Shown here piece by piece: positions 62,901-64,000 of a DNA stretch of 64,000 nucleotides. The number at the start of each line of letters is the position of its first letter. Positions within the stretch are counted from its first letter, which is position 1. Below the pieces are notes generated by a model. That model ran no database searches. It saw nothing but the letters and a program-made list of their open reading frames with translations, and was not told the origin of the DNA. Source of the stretch: Raillietiella orientalis (Eukaryota); assembly GCA_036172245.1 (NCBI GenBank), contig JAYWIR010000016.1, positions 2,790,001-2,854,000 on the forward strand. Reading direction: 5' to 3'. The translations under genes were made by a program, and so were the position numbers.

Positions 62901-63535
62901 ATGGCAAAAGTCGATTTGGAACTAAAGAAGGTAACAACATCCATGTGGTATAGTTTTAGAGGAGTACAGAAACTATGTTTATGACATACTTAGATTTAAA
63001 GCATTCGAGTGAATAAAACAGTAAAGGTTTCAGTTAGATAGATGAGATTGTTTTACTTTTCTATTATGTGTTGTATTTGTATGATTGAAACAATTAGGCT
63101 TTTCAAGAACTTCAACAGCAAACACTAGAAACAACACAGAAATTAAAAATAGCAGATATGCAGAAGGAAGCTTTGCAAAAATGCATTAAACGTTCTTGTC
63201 TTATAAAAAAAGAACTAGAAGTAAGTTTAGTCAGCATTGTTATTGCTATTAATTTCAAAGTAGGCACTTCCAGCTGGAGTTAAGATGTATGAAAGCATAG
63301 GAAGAATGTTCGTAATATCAAATAGAGATAAAGTTAATGAAATGCTAAAAGCCAAGAAGGATGCAGCAAAAGCTAAGATAAGCAACATAGAGGTATTTAA
63401 TTCCACTTATATGCACTGGATGTTACATATCATAATTTTTAGTCTACAAAACAGTATTTAGAAGGAAACTTGAAAGAAACGGAGAACAACTTGAGAGAGC
63501 TAATTCAGCAAAAAAAGGAACTCTTGACAAATTGA
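62901..63535 (+). CDS. PFDN1: Prefoldin subunit 1, 4 exons, 124 aa (not in the ORF track)
   Basis: Exons 62901-62930, 63098-63220, 63264-63392 and 63443-63535 give MAKVDLELKK AFQELQQQTLETTQKLKIADMQ...MYESIGRMF...KQYLEGNLKETENNLRELI. This matches the PFDN1 pattern VDLELKKAF.ELQ / MYE.VGRMF / YLE....E.E.N.RE. Confidence 0.95.
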
Positions 63536-63564
63536 TACTTATTTTATTGTCCAACTAAGACATT

Positions 63565-64000
63565 TCAACTGCTGCCTACAGGGTTGTTGGATGTTGGAGG
63601 CTCATCATCATTTAAAACAACCTATTAATTATAAATAAATAAATGTTAACAACCATTTTAGGAGACTAGATTTCTCACTTGAAGTATTTTGGCCATTTCT
63701 TCAGCATCTTTCACCATCTTCTGAAGCAGCATGTTGTCCTTTTCTAATCTAGATATTTTTTCATGCAGCATGTGATTCTCTTCTAAAGCTTTCTCTAAAG
63801 CTACTCTACGACTTTCTGCCAGTAGTTCCCAGTATCTTTTTGGAACATGCTCTAGACCTGGATCAAATTACATTCCACCGTTTTTAAAGTTACCATCAGT
63901 TATTAACAGCAATTTCTCAGATACGTGATCACTGCTAGATGGCTTTTTACAAGTACCATTGTGTTCATCCTCATAAACTTCACCAGTCGATCTAGAAAAT
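63565..64000 (-). CDS. GMNN: Geminin-family DNA-replication licensing inhibitor, 3' part (5' end outside the window)
   Basis: Exons ~63991-63894, 63857-63679 and 63621-63565 give ...KRYWELLAESRRVALEKALEENHMLHEKISRLEKDNMLLQKMVKDAEEMAKILQVVLNDDE...*. This carries the geminin YW...AE.RR.AL..AL.EN..LH coiled-coil signature. Confidence 0.88.

Overview
This is animal genomic DNA, probably arthropod (inferred from the gene set, so low certainty). It has two very different compartments. The AT-rich flanks hold compact housekeeping genes: Pins/GPSM2 (minus, 2525-4504), MPP-alpha/PMPCA (plus, 52207-54280), prefoldin 1 (plus, 62901-63535) and the 3' part of geminin (minus, 63565 to window end). A full-length Tigger/pogo DNA transposon (56330-58684) also lies there. 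Of the 20 coding-region introns I reconstructed in these four genes, 18 are only 36-57 nt. Between the flanks is a ~42-kb GC- and CpG-rich block (~7.5-49.66 kb). It is mostly heavily decayed L1/Tx1-type non-LTR retrotransposon relics on both strands plus a GAAGGGAACCC-rich repeat family, with two intact GC-rich genes: a GT32 DXD glycosyltransferase and an ankyrin/SOCS-box protein. Most notable: the ultra-short introns, a U2 snRNA 5' fragment directly upstream of an APE-RT relic, a 97%-identical inverted duplication exactly at the GC/AT boundary, and PFDN1 and geminin stop codons only 29 nt apart. Most ORFs in the supplied track within the GC block are spurious.
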